From the NCBI RefSeq assembly GCF_006345805.1, contig NC_043007.1, forward strand, positions 53,940,001 through 54,004,000: a stretch of DNA of 64,000 bases, in the 5' to 3' direction. Positions 48,620 through 61,900 of this stretch are shown one piece after another. Source of the DNA: Octopus sinensis (lineage: Eukaryota). Numbering within the stretch: position 1 is the first letter of the stretch; each line of letters starts with the position of its first letter. The position numbers and the translations under genes were made by a program. Under the pieces are notes generated by a model that worked only from the letters and a program-made list of their open reading frames with translations, did not search any database and was not told where the DNA came from.

Positions 48620-50100
48620 CTGTGACATTTATATCTACTTATATACCAACACTGGGTCTGGCAAGTTAGCACTTTTATGAGCGTTTTTTGCTGATTTCCT
48701 CCAAAGCAAATGATCAGGACCTCATCATGGCGTGTGATTTTAATGATCATGTTAGACAACATTATAAGGACTTCTGTGGTGTACATGGAGGCTGTGGCTG
48801 TAGTACATGAAGCAAGTGGCAGTTTAGCCTCCTGGAATTTTGTGAGGCAAGTTACTTTATCATTTACAACACATACTTCTACACTGAACAACCACTTCCT
48901 TACCTATCATTCAGGAAAATATGGAAGCCAGATAAACTTTTCCACGGAAAAACAGTATAGGCAAGTTGGTGTAAATACTAAGTCTTTCCCTACTGGAGAA
49001 TGTACTCCCAGTACAGAGTATTTGTTAATGAGTAGATTAAGTGCTATGCAAAGTCTGTGATGAAAGACAATTTGGAGTACATGGAAAGTGAAAAAAACCT
49101 TCACCCAGCTCTCTGTTCAGAGATGTTTTAATTGACACATATTACAAGATGCAGGAGAAAACAGAAAATTGTGTGATAGAAGACAACTGGGAGTTACTAA
49201 CTATGGGAAACCTATTGAGAGCCACTGTGACTGTTACAAATTCTCAGCAAGGAGAGACAGAGTTGCAAAAACAGACAATTGCAATCTCAAACAGCTAGAA
49301 GAGAAGCTAAATGTCAGGTAGATGGAGAAACCAAAAGAAAGAAATTTTCCAGTGTCTTAAGGTGTGAAGATTAGAAGAGAAAGAGGAATAAAAATGCTTA
49401 TTTGAGAGGTAGTTGAAAGAGGAGAAGGTTGAAATGGACCCAACTGAAGAACCACACATTCAAGGTGAAAACAATATGGTAAATACTGTGCTTAAGGATA
49501 TAATGGCAGGGAAAGCACCTAGTATAACAGGAATTATTGATGAAATGCTTAAAATCTCTGGCAGAGTTGAGTACAGGCTTGGTTACCCACCTAGTAAATC
49601 AGGTGTTATACCTAAGGATTAACATAGCAACATTATTGTCAACTACTACGAGTGCAAAAGAGAGGTAGGAGGAAGAACAAATGTATTAAAATGTTGGACC
49701 AGATTATAAAAGTTAAGGAAACTGTAATAGCTCAGTTGATAAGAAGAAAGTTAACCTAGATAAGGTGCAATTTTGTGTCAGGAAGAAGTACTGTTGATGT
49801 GGTCTTTCTGATGGAACAATTGCAAAAGTATTTAGTCAAGAGTAAGCCCCAATACTTGGAATTTGTTGATGGAGTACAAACAAGCAGAGAGAAAAGTTGG
49901 CTATAAGGGAGATTAGATGTTGCATTGCAAAAGAGAAGTCTGTTGATACAGGCATGTCATGCATATGAATGATGGTTGATGCACAAAATAAATGTGTTAA
50001 GTGCCCAAAGTGCATGGAACCTGTGTAAGATGAAGTGGTAAAAACTGATATTAAGATGCTGAGTCTCACAGGAGATGACAAGGAACTGCAACAAATGCTC
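48620..50100 (+). mobile_element. Very old, internally deleted RTE LINE
   Basis: DQDLIMACDFNDHV..GVHGG, MDPTEEP..GKAPSITGIIDEMLKISG and QLQKYLVKSKP remnants. Confidence 0.65.
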
Positions 50101-51049
50101 TGTTAAAAATGTGCATACATATGTTGGCTTAGCAAGGAAAGTGTTAAAGTAGGAATAGTGATGGTTGCATTCCTCCTGTCCCTTTACAAAACACATCTCT
50201 TTCTTTCAGTGATGCCCTTTGTAATAGCATCTTCCACCTCAAAACCCTTTCATCTCTCCCTCTTTTACTGATACCTCCTCCTCGCACCTTCTCCATCTCC
50301 CTCTTGCTCCTCTCTCCTTTTATCACACATTACTTCTTCTACCTTCCTTTCACACATAAAGAATATCACCAAATCTTCTATCTATCTCACCCCATTCATC
50401 CTTAATCTCTGGCAGTATATTTTCCTTATCTTTATTCCTTCTAGTAGTGTCCTTTCTGTTACCCCTCTTCTATCACCTTCTTTCAAAAATCTTTTCTTCA
50501 CTTTACAATTTGACTCCTCTCAGCTCCTCTATTTAATCTCAGATATCATTACCTTCTTTCCCATTCTGCATCTCAGAGTTCTGGTGGGATATTTTAGTCT
50601 TGTGAGCTGCAAGGAGATCTCACTGTTGTTTCTACCATGAAAAGTACAGTCTGTAAACTGGTTGGTGTTAGAAAGAAGATCCAGCTGTAACAACCAAACC
50701 AAAACTCAAATGTTGGAGTAATTTTTTGATTCTTGCTTCTATAACACCCTTCCTGATTCTGGAATAAGAACTGATTCAAAGCAAAATAAAACACTCAACC
50801 ATAATAAACGAACAAAAAAAAAATGGTGATATGTCATTATTTTACAGCCAGATACCCTTCCTATCAATAGCCCAATGTTTTTTAGGCTTATTTATTCCAC
50901 TCATCTTTGAAACCACAGAGCTAAAGGATACTAGGATTGTCAGTATAATGTCACAGTTGTTTTTGACTCAAATGATTTCATGTGAAGATGCAAAATGTAG
51001 ACATTTATACAGTACACAAGCAAAAGGGTTCTTTCAATTTTCATTACCA

Positions 51050-51378
51050 CTGCATAGCACCTTGAGCAAGTGTCTTCTACTATAGCCTCAAGTTGACCAA
51101 AGACTTGTGAGTGGATTTAGTAGATGGAAACTGAAAGAAGCCCGTTATATATGTGTATGTGTCTTTGTGTCTGTATTTGTCCCCCTCCAATACTTGACAG
51201 CTGATATTGGTGTGTTTATGTCCCCATAACTTAGCAGTTCAGCAAAAGAGACTGATAGAATAAGTACTAAGTTTAAAAAGGAAGGTGAATCCTGGGCTTG
51301 ATTTGTTTGACTAAAGCCCTTCACAGCAGTGCCCAAGCCTGGCCACAGTCAAAAGACTGAAACAGGGTAGAGATGAAA
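51050..51378 (+). mobile_element. SINE (microsatellite-core family)
   Basis: CTTGAGCAAGTGTCTTCTACTATAGCC..TGTGAGTGGATTT..GGCCACAGTCAAAAGACTGAAAC. Confidence 0.8.
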
Positions 51379-51684
51379 GATATATATATATATATAAAAA
51401 ACTAAATATTAAATAAAATAGAGAAATACAATCGACATACTAAAAATTTATTTACATTATAATATACTATAAAAAGATATAATATAACATAACATAAAAA
51501 ATTTTGAAATAAACAAATATAGAGCCAACATTTCACTAGTGAATTTCTCTATTTCATTTAATATTTGTATATTGTAATTATACCCTTTTATTTGTGGTAT
51601 TCAGCTGTTGTACCAGTGAGAATTGAATGTTTTACATATCTTTGAAGGAATTGTTTTTTTTCTTTCGTTTCATTTTTATATATA

Positions 51685-52765
51685 TACTAGCAGAGATACC
51701 CGGCGTTGCCAGTATTACATGTAATTGAAGAATTAGATTTTTATGTTATATTTTCTGTAATGAACTGGATTATCTATGCTTCAAATTTCATAAAAATTGC
51801 AGATGAGGGTTATTTCCCTCTTTACACACCCTAAAAAAATTGTAATCGTGTCACATGTATCCCATAGTACTGATTTTTATGCGCATATTCCAAAATTCCA
51901 GTCTTATTGAACATGTTAAAAGGATTTTACACCTGAAAAATGAAGGTCATGGAGCTCTAAAATGTGAGAGTGAATGCCCCTGTTGGGGGTGGGTGTCTTA
52001 TTGTCAAGCAGAGAAGTTGAATTGTTGAGAATCTTTTTAACTTGGGTCTTATATCTATTGTTTGAATTTCTTTGAAATAGGAAATATATGTTCATTGGGT
52101 GTGTAAAAGAGAGCAAAGCTACAGGAAACCAAAAGACGAATGATCACAATAAACAGTCAGCTACCCTACCATAGTCGTTGCCACTCCCAATATAGGATTC
52201 CTCACCATCCAGGTGACAGGCTCAGCCATAAGATGCATTACGAATCTATAGCAATTGGAAGGGCATAGCCCAACTGAAATAAGCATTAACAACTGTGTGA
52301 CGTGAGGGATAAGGAGAAATAAAAGTATCACCTCTGGAGTTTCCAAATGACCACTATACTGATATGTAACTGGACAGAATAAATTTACAATCTATAAATG
52401 TCTTTGAATAACCAGTCACTCATCTGGGAAGGCCTTGAAGTCAATGTTGCCATCTGGGGACTATGTGTGACAATAATAATGTGTGATAATAAAAAGACTG
52501 AAAGGAGGTCTGCAATCAAATAACTTTACTCAACACTTTGCAACTGAATCAGTGGAGGCAAAGATGCCTCTCATTTACTTGATAATTTACGCAACACGTT
52601 GCAGAAATCACAATGTAAGTGTATGTCAAAGCAAAGTGTTACACTGTTGTACCATTGAATTACAAATAATGCTCATCTTTTATGCTCGGGTAACCCTACA
52701 GCTTCCAAGAGTACAATCGTATTCGTCTTTGCTTACATAAAATAACAAAATTGTGGGTGTTAAGC
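51685..52765 (+). mobile_element. Probable non-autonomous Helitron-like repeat (inverted partner of 41000-42216)
   Basis: Starts TACTAGCAGAGATACCCGGCGTTGCC; track ORFs 52483+/41286- and 52161-/41680+ are near-identical mirror pairs. Confidence 0.5.
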
Positions 52766-52769
52766 AGTG

Positions 52770-52860
52770 ATGAGGGTGAAACACAGAGACAAAGACACAC
52801 ACATACACTTACATATACATACATATATATTTGATTGATTTGCTTCAGTCTACGGAATCC

Positions 52861-52893
<33 letters not shown>

Positions 52894-53366
52894 ATATAAT
52901 ATATATATACATATATATATTATATTATATATATATATATATATGTCTATGTATGTATGTATACACACAACCACACACCAAGATAAATTGATAGATACAA
53001 CTGTGTGGGCAAACAAAAATATGAGACACTGCGTACTGCTTTTTTTTTATTTTGATAAGCCTGGTAGTTATTGTATCAGTTTCTTCTTGTGAAACCAGTA
53101 AGTTATGGGGATGTAAATAAACGAACAGCAGTTGTGAAGCAGTGATGAGGGAGAAACACAAAGACACACACATAGACTTACATATATACATACATATATA
53201 TACAATTGATTTCTTTCAGTTTCTGTCTACAAAATCCACTGACAAGGCTTTGGTTGGTCTGAAGCTATAGCAGAAGACACATGCCAGGTTACCACACAGT
53301 GGGACTGAACTCAGGAGCGTGTGTTTTGGAACCAAGTTTGTTACTACACAGCCACACCTGCACCTA
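52770..53366 (-). mobile_element. tRNA-derived SINE, mirror of 40157-40690
   Basis: Shares the diagnostic AACAAACTTGGTTCCAAAACAC head variant and the internal partial duplication. Confidence 0.8.
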
Positions 53367-53459
53367 TGTATGTGTGCGGGTGTGTATGTGTGTATATATG
53401 TATACATATTACATGTACATCTACACATACATGTATACATATACAGCTATACATATACA

Positions 53460-53495
<36 letters not shown>

Positions 53496-53789
53496 CTTAT
53501 ATATACATGTATATATATACATGTAAATTTAAAATAATAAAGGTGAAAAATTGAATATTAAATTTGATTAATATGAATTTAAAACCAGTGATGTAGCATA
53601 TAAGACCATAGTGGATCTTCTACTAGTATGGACCCTAAGTAAGGCATGTGTAAAATTTGAATGAAATTGGTTGTGTAGTTCTCAAGTTTTAGTGATTCAC
53701 ACAGACAGACAGATAGATATAGCAGAAGACATATGCCAAATTACCACACAGTAGGACTGAACTGTGGACCATGTGTTTTGGAACTAAGT

Positions 53790-54555
53790 CTACCTGGGTA
53801 TCAACATGAGTGATGATATCTCTTTCCAAGTGCACATTACCAGGATGGCGACAAACTGCAGACGACTGGCTGGGTGGATCCTAAGAACAGTCAGAACCAG
53901 AGATAAGGAAACCATGAAAACCATAATGGTCCTCTGGCGGACATTCGTCCTCAGCCGCCTGGATTACTGCTCACAGCTATGGTCACCCACCAGTGTAAAA
54001 TTAACAGCGGACCTTGAAGCAATCCAGAGAAGATTCACAAAGAAGATCATCTTTTTGCAACAGCTCAGCTACTGGGAAAGGTTGAAACAGCTAAGACTCT
54101 ACTCCCTGGAGAGAAGACGGGAGAGGTATGCAGTAATATATGTCTGGAAGATCCTGGAAGGAATTGTGCCAAATTTTGGCATTGTAAGCTACACCAATGC
54201 TAGAATGGGACGACACTGCATAGTGCCAAAGATCCCAGCAATGCCATCACGCTTCAGGACCAGCTACTGCAACAACCTGGGTTTCAAGGGCCCACAGCTT
54301 TTTAATATTCTCCCAAAGAGTCTGAGGAACTTGCACAAAGTAGATGTAGTGGTTTTTAAATCAAAGCTGGACGTCTTCCTGTCAAGAGTCCCAGATGAAC
54401 CTACCTCACGGCAAGAGGTGCAAATGAGAGTAGCTATATCAAACTCCATTCTTCACCAAGTGCCACATATTAGACGAGGTTTGTCGTAATAACAGTGTAG
54501 CACAAAACGGCGGTGCATCAGCATGGCTGCAGCTCTGAGCTGAAACTAGAAAAAA
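53790..54555 (+). mobile_element. CR1-clade LINE 3' third (ORF2 C-terminus and tail)
   Basis: ORF 53806-54489, stop-free: LSRLDYCSQLWSP, LEAIQRRFTK, YWERLKQLRLYSLERRRER, FKSKLDVFL. Confidence 0.9.
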
Positions 54556-55111
54556 AAAATGTATATATATGGATGTGTATATAAATATATATATATATAT
54601 ATATAATGTATATGTATACATGTATATGTGTAGATGTATTCCTATAGATATAGGTGTATATGTATACATGTACGTGTAGATGTGTATATATATATATATA
54701 TATATTATATTATATTAAATTACAGATAAAACCACTATAAAATTGGATTTAATCCTAAATTTAATTTTTCCCTGTAAGTTTGGATTTATTCTCTAATATT
54801 ATTATATGTATATATGTGTATATAGGGACCTGTGTGTTGTGTGTATGTGGATATATATATGTGTGTGTATGCGTGTATGTGTATGTGTGTGTATGTATAT
54901 ATATTTTTCTGTGTGTATATGTATGTGTGGTAGTGTGTGTATACATACATGTGTGTATATGTGTATGCATGTGTGTGTGTGTATGTATATATATATATGT
55001 ATATATATAGTTATGTATATATATATATGTGTATGTGTAGATATGTGTATGTATGTGTATGTGTATATATATGTACATGTGTGTGTGTGTATGTATGTGT
55101 GTATGTATATA

Positions 55112-55143
<32 letters not shown>

Positions 55144-55161
55144 TACATATGTGTATAGGTA

Positions 55162-55605
55162 TAAGTGAGAATCTCCTTATTTACCTAAAACTCTATTCTT
55201 TTTATATATATATTTTTTTAATATATATTTTTATATATATATTTTTATTTTTATTTATTTATTTTTTTATTATTTTATTTTTTTATTTTTTATTTTATAT
55301 TTTTTTATTATTTTTTTATTTTATTTATTCTTTTATCTAATTTACCACTGACTCCTTGACCACTCCCCCAAGTATGATATTTTGCGCTATGCCTACCCCC
55401 AAAAAAGTCCCCCGCCACCACCCCTTTAAACCTGCCTAAATGTATAAATGCCAATACAATTCTTGTTAACTAGCTTCCTGAAGATTTCTCTTGAATGAAA
55501 CAGTTCTAGTCCTGTAGAAGCTCCTTCTATATAATAAATTAATTTTACTCTGCTATGTATTGAGTACCTTATTTACTGTGGTTAACCCCGAATCAACCCG
55601 GGACC
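55162..55605 (+). mobile_element. Probable Penelope-like 3'/pLTR relic
   Basis: Contains a hammerhead motif followed by AATAAATT..TTACTCT..TTGAGTAC, like the end at 29764-29800. Confidence 0.5.
55472..55522 (+). ncRNA. Candidate type I hammerhead ribozyme
   Basis: AGCTTC-CTGAAGA-T-TTC(TCTT)GAA-T-GAAA-CAG(TTCTAGTC)CTG-TA-GAAGCT: 6-bp stem I, 3-bp stems II and III, GUA site. Confidence 0.65.
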
Positions 55606-55642
<37 letters not shown>

Positions 55643-55644
<2 letters not shown>

Positions 55645-57311
55645 CTAAAACCAAAGTACTAATAATAAGTAGAAAGGTAGACAATCCACAATATCTTCAG
55701 GAAGATGGCCCTGCTCGATCTGTAAAAAGGTGTTGAGGTAGAACTCTATAAGATGTACCCAGTGTAAGCTATGACACATAAGAGGTGCAGCAATGTCAAA
55801 GGTAGGCTAACTGGAAGATAGTTTTTTGTATGTGGCAGATGCTCGGGAGCATTAACCTCCGAAAATCTGCAGAAAACAACTTCCGTCACTTTCCAGGGGG
55901 AAAAACTAGAAGTAGTTGATAGCTTCCGTTATCTAGGTGACCAAGTCAGTAGTGGGGGTGGGTGCGCTGAAAGTGTAACTGCTAGAATAAGAATAGCCTG
56001 GGCAAAGTTTAGGGAGCTCTTACCTCTGCTGCTGACTAAAGGCCTCTCGCTCAGAGTAAAAGGCAGACTGTATGATGCGTGTGTACGAACAGCCATGCTA
56101 CATGGCAGCGAACATGGGCCGTGACTGCTGAGGACATGCGTAAGCTCGTGAGGAATGAAGCCAGTATGCTCCGATGGATGTGTAATGTCAGTGTACATAC
56201 TCGACAGAGCGTTAGCACCTTGAGAGAAATGTTGTACCTAAGAAGCATCAGTTGTGGTGTGCAAGAGAGACGATTGCGCTGGTATGGTCATGTGGCGAGA
56301 ATGGATGAAGATAGGTGTGTGAGAAAGTGCCAATCCCTGGCAGTTGAGGGAACCCGTGAAAGGGTAGACCCAGGAAAACCTGGGACGAGTGGTGAAGCAC
56401 GACCTTCGAACTTTAGGCCTCACTGAGGAAATGACCAGAGACCGAGACCTTTGGAAATATTCTGTACGTGAGAAGACCAGGCAGGACAAGTGAGCCCAGC
56501 CCACTTATGAATGCCTTTCCTCCCTTGGACACAAAGACCGGTTGAGGCAAGCGAAGTCGATATAGAACCTCATCCGACGACAGACACCCATGCCAACCCC
56601 CCATGCTTGCGAAGACATGTTGGGGCAAGCGAAATCGAAATCGAAACCGAATTGAACCAGCCAGGATCCCTGGCCTGGTGGTACGTAAAAAGCACTATCC
56701 GACTCGTGGCCGTGGCACGTAAAATACTCCAATGCGACCGTACGACAGGCACCCATGCCAACCCCCTTGCTTGTGAAGACATTGGGGCAAGCGAATCGAA
56801 ATCAAATTGAACAGCCAGGATCCCTGGTCTGGTGGTACGTAAAAAGCACTATCCGACTCGTGGCCGTGGCACGTAAAATACTCCAATGCGACCGTACGAC
56901 AGGCACCCATGCCAACCCCCTTTGCTTGTGAAGACATGTTGGGGCAAGCGAAATCGAAATCGAATTGAACCAGCCAGGATCCCTGGTCTGGTGGTACGTA
57001 AAAAGCACTATCCGACTCATGGCCGATGCCAGCACCGCCTCGACTGGCTTCCGTGCCGGTGGCACATAAAATACACCAATCTGACCGTGGCCGTTGCCAG
57101 CCCCGCCTGGCACCTGTGCAGGTGGCACGTAAAAAGCACCCACTACACTCACGGAGTGGTTGGCGTTAGGAAGGGCATCCAGCTGTAGAAACATTGCCAG
57201 ATTAGACTGGAGCCTGGTGCAGCCTTCTGGCTTCCCAGAACCCCGGTCGAACCGTCCAACCCATGCTAGCATGGAGAACGGACGTTAAACGACGATGATG
57301 ATGATGATGAT
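55643..57311 (+). mobile_element. RTE LINE 5'-truncated (PHD to tail); 3' UTR with three ~180-bp tandem units
   Basis: Frameshifted PHD, thumb and C-terminus; repeats GGCACCCATGCCAACCCC..GGATCCCTGG..AAAAGCACTATCCGACTC at 56575-57020; (GAT)n tail. Confidence 0.9.
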
Positions 57312-57814
57312 ATATATATAGATGTTCATATAATAAGTACACATATATATACACATATATACATATATATACACATATATACATGCATACATATATACAC
57401 CCATACACACTCACCCACACATACATAAGTACACATATATATACACATATATACATATACACATATATACATGCATACATATATACACCCATACACACTC
57501 ACCCACACATACATAAGTGCAGGTGTGGCTGTGTGGTAACAAACTTGGTTCCAAAACACATGGTCTACAGTTCAGTCCTACTGTGTGGTAACTTGGCATG
57601 TGTCTTCTGCTATATCTGTCTGTCTGTGTGAATCACTAAAACTTGAGAACTACACAACCAATTTCATTCAAATTTTACACATGCCTTACTTAAGGTCCAT
57701 ACTAGTAGAAGATCCACTATGGTCTTATATGCTACATCACTGGTTTTAAATTCATATTAATCAAATTTAATATTCAATTTTTCACCTTTATTATTTTAAA
57801 TTTAAATTTACATG

Positions 57815-57857
<43 letters not shown>

Positions 57858-57862
<5 letters not shown>

Positions 57863-58988
57863 AGAAAATAGTAAAGTGTGAAAAAACGACAGAAGGCTTA
57901 AATGTTAAAAAATATATATATTTGTGTCAAAATGTCTGGAGAATATTGGAAAAATATTTTTTCCTTTCCTTAAAATGACATAATTAAAATTTTTTAAAGA
58001 AATTACTGGTTTCGCGTGTAGCTTTTCAAATTTCTTGTGACGTTATGTTTATATGCATGGAATTATCGTTGTTTTTATTTCCAGGAGATTTCTAAATAAG
58101 GGGAGGTAGTGAGTGATTTTTTCCTTTCCGGTGTAGGGGAGATAATCGCTTAAAAATTTTTTTTTTTTTTTTTTTCCCTTTTCCTTGTTAATTTCTGTGT
58201 CAGTATGTTCGGATGGTTGAGTCTGGGTTTGTACTTTTCAATGAAGAATGTTTCCTTGTTCAGTCTCATTTGTGTTGATGATCCGAAAGCACATTGGTAA
58301 AATGGGAAGATTAAAAATGTGGCAGTAGTTGCTTTGCGCATTTCTCAATGTGCTCACTAAAAGGTATCATTCTATATTCTGGGAATGCAATCTGTTGTCG
58401 ATGCAGTGTGCATCTGCGCCTGAGTGATAGTCCCGTGGAACCCACGTAGTCTTGGTGGCAGCCCGAGCATTTAATAACATAAATTATGTTTTCAGAGGCA
58501 CAGTAAAGTTAGATTTGATCTTAATTTCTGTCCCTCTTTAAAGAAGAATTCTGATCCTTCCAATAGGTTAGGACATGTTGCACAGTTCGATCTACCACAT
58601 TTTTTACTTTTGCATCCGTAATTTTAGAAGACAATTTTGCCTTTGTGAGAATCTTTTTAAGTGATTTAGGCTGTTTGTAGCTTTTAATGATTTGGTGTAT
58701 GTTTTGAATTTCCTTTAATTTTGGGTTTTTATGAAGTATTGGTAAATTCTGGGTGATGATGGTGAAAGGCTTCTTTGTTTCTGGGGTTGTATGTAGATAT
58801 GTAAGGTAGTATTTTCGGGGAAGGTGTGTTGTTGTGTTGAACTTTTCTTAAAGTTTCTATGTTGATTTCTGTTGCACGTCTGATCCCATCCTCTATGAGT
58901 TGAGCTGGGTAATGTCTGTCAATTAGGGTGTTTTTGAGTTCTTGCAGTCTAAAGTTCCTGGTATTTTGTTCTGACACTATTGTGCATA
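57858..58988 (-). repeat. 1.13-kb inverted copy of the Penelope 3' region (RT end, GIY-YIG, 3' UTR)
   Basis: Reverse complement of 60993-62115 apart from scattered single-base differences. Confidence 0.92.
57997..58036 (-). ncRNA. Candidate hammerhead ribozyme, U3-A8 variant (inverted copy)
   Basis: Minus: AAGAAAT-TTGAAAA-GC(TACAC)GC-GAAA-CCAG-TA-ATTTCTT. Confidence 0.45.
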
Positions 58989-61900
58989 ACAACCCCCAAC
59001 TATCCTCCATACACTAAAAACAGAAATCACCCACAACCAACCTTTACAAACCACGCTAGACCTAACAGGGAACTAGCTGAAAGAGAACGCGTCTATGAAA
59101 GAAATTACACCAAAAACAGAACAAACCAACAACATCCTAATACCAGACCCAACCACCATACAGCACAATACGACACTAGGATAAGAAATACACCACACAC
59201 AAATCACTACTACCCCTACTACCCATGACCAAATACTGGTCCCCACTAAACACAAGACAACGCAAAGAAACACTATGTCAAGCAACATCCCACATACAAG
59301 AAGTTCGAAACAAAAATATTCCCCATACAGAAATTTTACACACACACAAGCATTAACAACCATAGATTCCCCCACACCCACAAGATCGGAGGCAACAATA
59401 CCACCACTCCCCCCCACTCCCCCGACCAATACCACACAACCTCACAGACAACTCATACAACAAAATTACACACCCACATTTTTTAGCCAGGCAGGGACCA
59501 GGACACAGGACACAGGCTGGAACCTAGTAATAAGGAAAAACCGAAGATAATCAATCTTTCAACCAAACCTCTTTCTAACATAAAATTGACATCCTCGCAA
59601 AAGGGCTCAAATTTACACCAACTCCACGCAGAGCAAACCTAAATGAACTCAAGGATAACATAACAGAATTTTGCAGAAAATTAAGACTAGCAGAAGCATC
59701 AAACAGTTTCAATACTGAAGATGAATCACTAGTCAAGAACAAAAGTGAACACATCCCACACAGAGGAAGAAATAAAGATCTTGACGAATTCTGTAACCAC
59801 ATTGAGAACTTCCCCTACCATACTATACATAAACAGAAAGCTAACCCAAATTTTAACACTACACAATGGAAAGAACTGATAGAACTCCAAAATGATGAAG
59901 ATATAACCATAAGGAAGCGGACAAGGGAAATGCAGTTGTAATAATGGATACATCATACTACAGAAATCTTGTAATTTCCTTGCTTGATGAAGACCTACAT
60001 TATGAAAAAATTACCAACTACACCCCACAAAAAGTAATGAAAACTCTATCTTCACTAATTAAAACCCATGAAAAGGAACTGACAACCACAGAGATTGATT
60101 TCCTAACAAACTTTAAATGCAAACCTAGCTTTTCTATGGTCTGCCAAAAATTCATAAAAGTCAAATTATAAACGAAACCATTAAAAAATCACCAAAGACA
60201 TACATACACACACCTAATCCGGGGACCTAACTACGACCCATTGTAGCTGGCCCAACCTGTGAAACACACGACTAAGTCTACTTATGGACATCCCTCTTGA
60301 AACCCTTCCTTAAACATATCGATAGCCATATCAGAGATGACTTAGATATGTTAAAACCACCTCCCAAAAACCAAGGAAGAAACAATCCTGGTTTCATTTG
60401 ATGTAGTCAACTTGTATACCAGTATTCCTCATAATTATGGACTGGAGGCAATACAATTCTGGTTAGACCAATTTCCGGAAGAAATACCAAAAAGGATCAG
60501 TAAGGAATTCATTACTAAATCAATTGAATTCATCCTACACAATAACCACTTCATGTTTGACAATACATTTTACCGTCAAAAATCCGGAATTGCTATGGGT
60601 ACAAGGGCAGCACCAGTCATTGCGAACTTAACATGGGATACATGGAAATAATCATTTACCAGGAATCTCTATCAATCTTTGGAAACTCCCTCTCTCAATC
60701 ATAAAAGAGAATTGGAAACGATTCCTAGACGATTGTTTTCATTCTCTGGAATGAAAACATAGATAAACTCCTAAAATTTAAAAACCTATTGAACGCATAA
60801 ACCCAAATATACAGTTACAATGGATACAACCAAAAGGAGCTCCCGTTCTTGGATATACTAATTAAAAAAATTAACCTTAAAATAGAAACAGACATTTTTT
60901 ACAAAGCCACAGACGCCAAACAATACCTTCTTTTAATTCATGCCACCCAAGACACACTAAAACAAACATCCCCTTCAACCTTGCAAGAAGGATATGCACA
61001 ATAGTGTCAGAACAAATACCAGGAACTTTAGACTGCAAGAACTCAAAACACCCTAATTGACAGACATTACCCAGCTCAACTCATAGAGGATGGGATCAGA
61101 CGTGCAACAGAAATCACATAGAAACTTTAAGAAAAGTTCAACACAACAACACACCTTCCCGAAAATACTACCTTACATATCTACATACAACCCCAGAAAC
61201 AAAGAAGCCTTCACCATCATCACCCAGAATTTACCAATACTTCATAAAAACCCAAAATTAAAGGAATTCTAAACATACACCAATCATTAAAAGCTACAAA
61301 CAGCCTAAATCACTTAAAAAGATTCTCACAAAGGCAAAATTGTCTTCTAAAATTAGGATGCAAAAGTAAAAAAATGTGGTAGATCGAACTGTGCAACATG
61401 TCCTAACCTATTGGAAGGATCAGAATTCTTCTTTAAAGAGGGACAGAAATTAAGATCAAATCTAACTTTACTTGTGCCTCTGAAACATAAATTTATGTTA
61501 TTAAATGCTCGGGCTGCCACCAAGACTACGTGGGTTCCACGGGACTATCACTCAGGCGCAGATGCACACTGCATCGACAACAGATTGAATTCCCAGAATA
61601 TAGAATGATACCTTTTAGTGAGCACATTGAGAAATGCGCAAAGCAACTACTGCCACAATTTTTAATCTTCCCATTTTACCAATGTGCTTTCGGATCATCA
61701 ACACAATGAGACTGAACAAGGAACATTCTTCATTGAAAAGTACAAACCCAGACTCAACCATCCGAACATACTGACACAGAGAAATTAACAAGGAAAAGGG
61801 AAAAAAAAAAAAAAAAATTTTTAAGCGATATCTCCCCTACACGGAAAAAATCACTCACTACCACCTCCCCTTATTTAGAATCTCCTGGAATAAAAACAAC

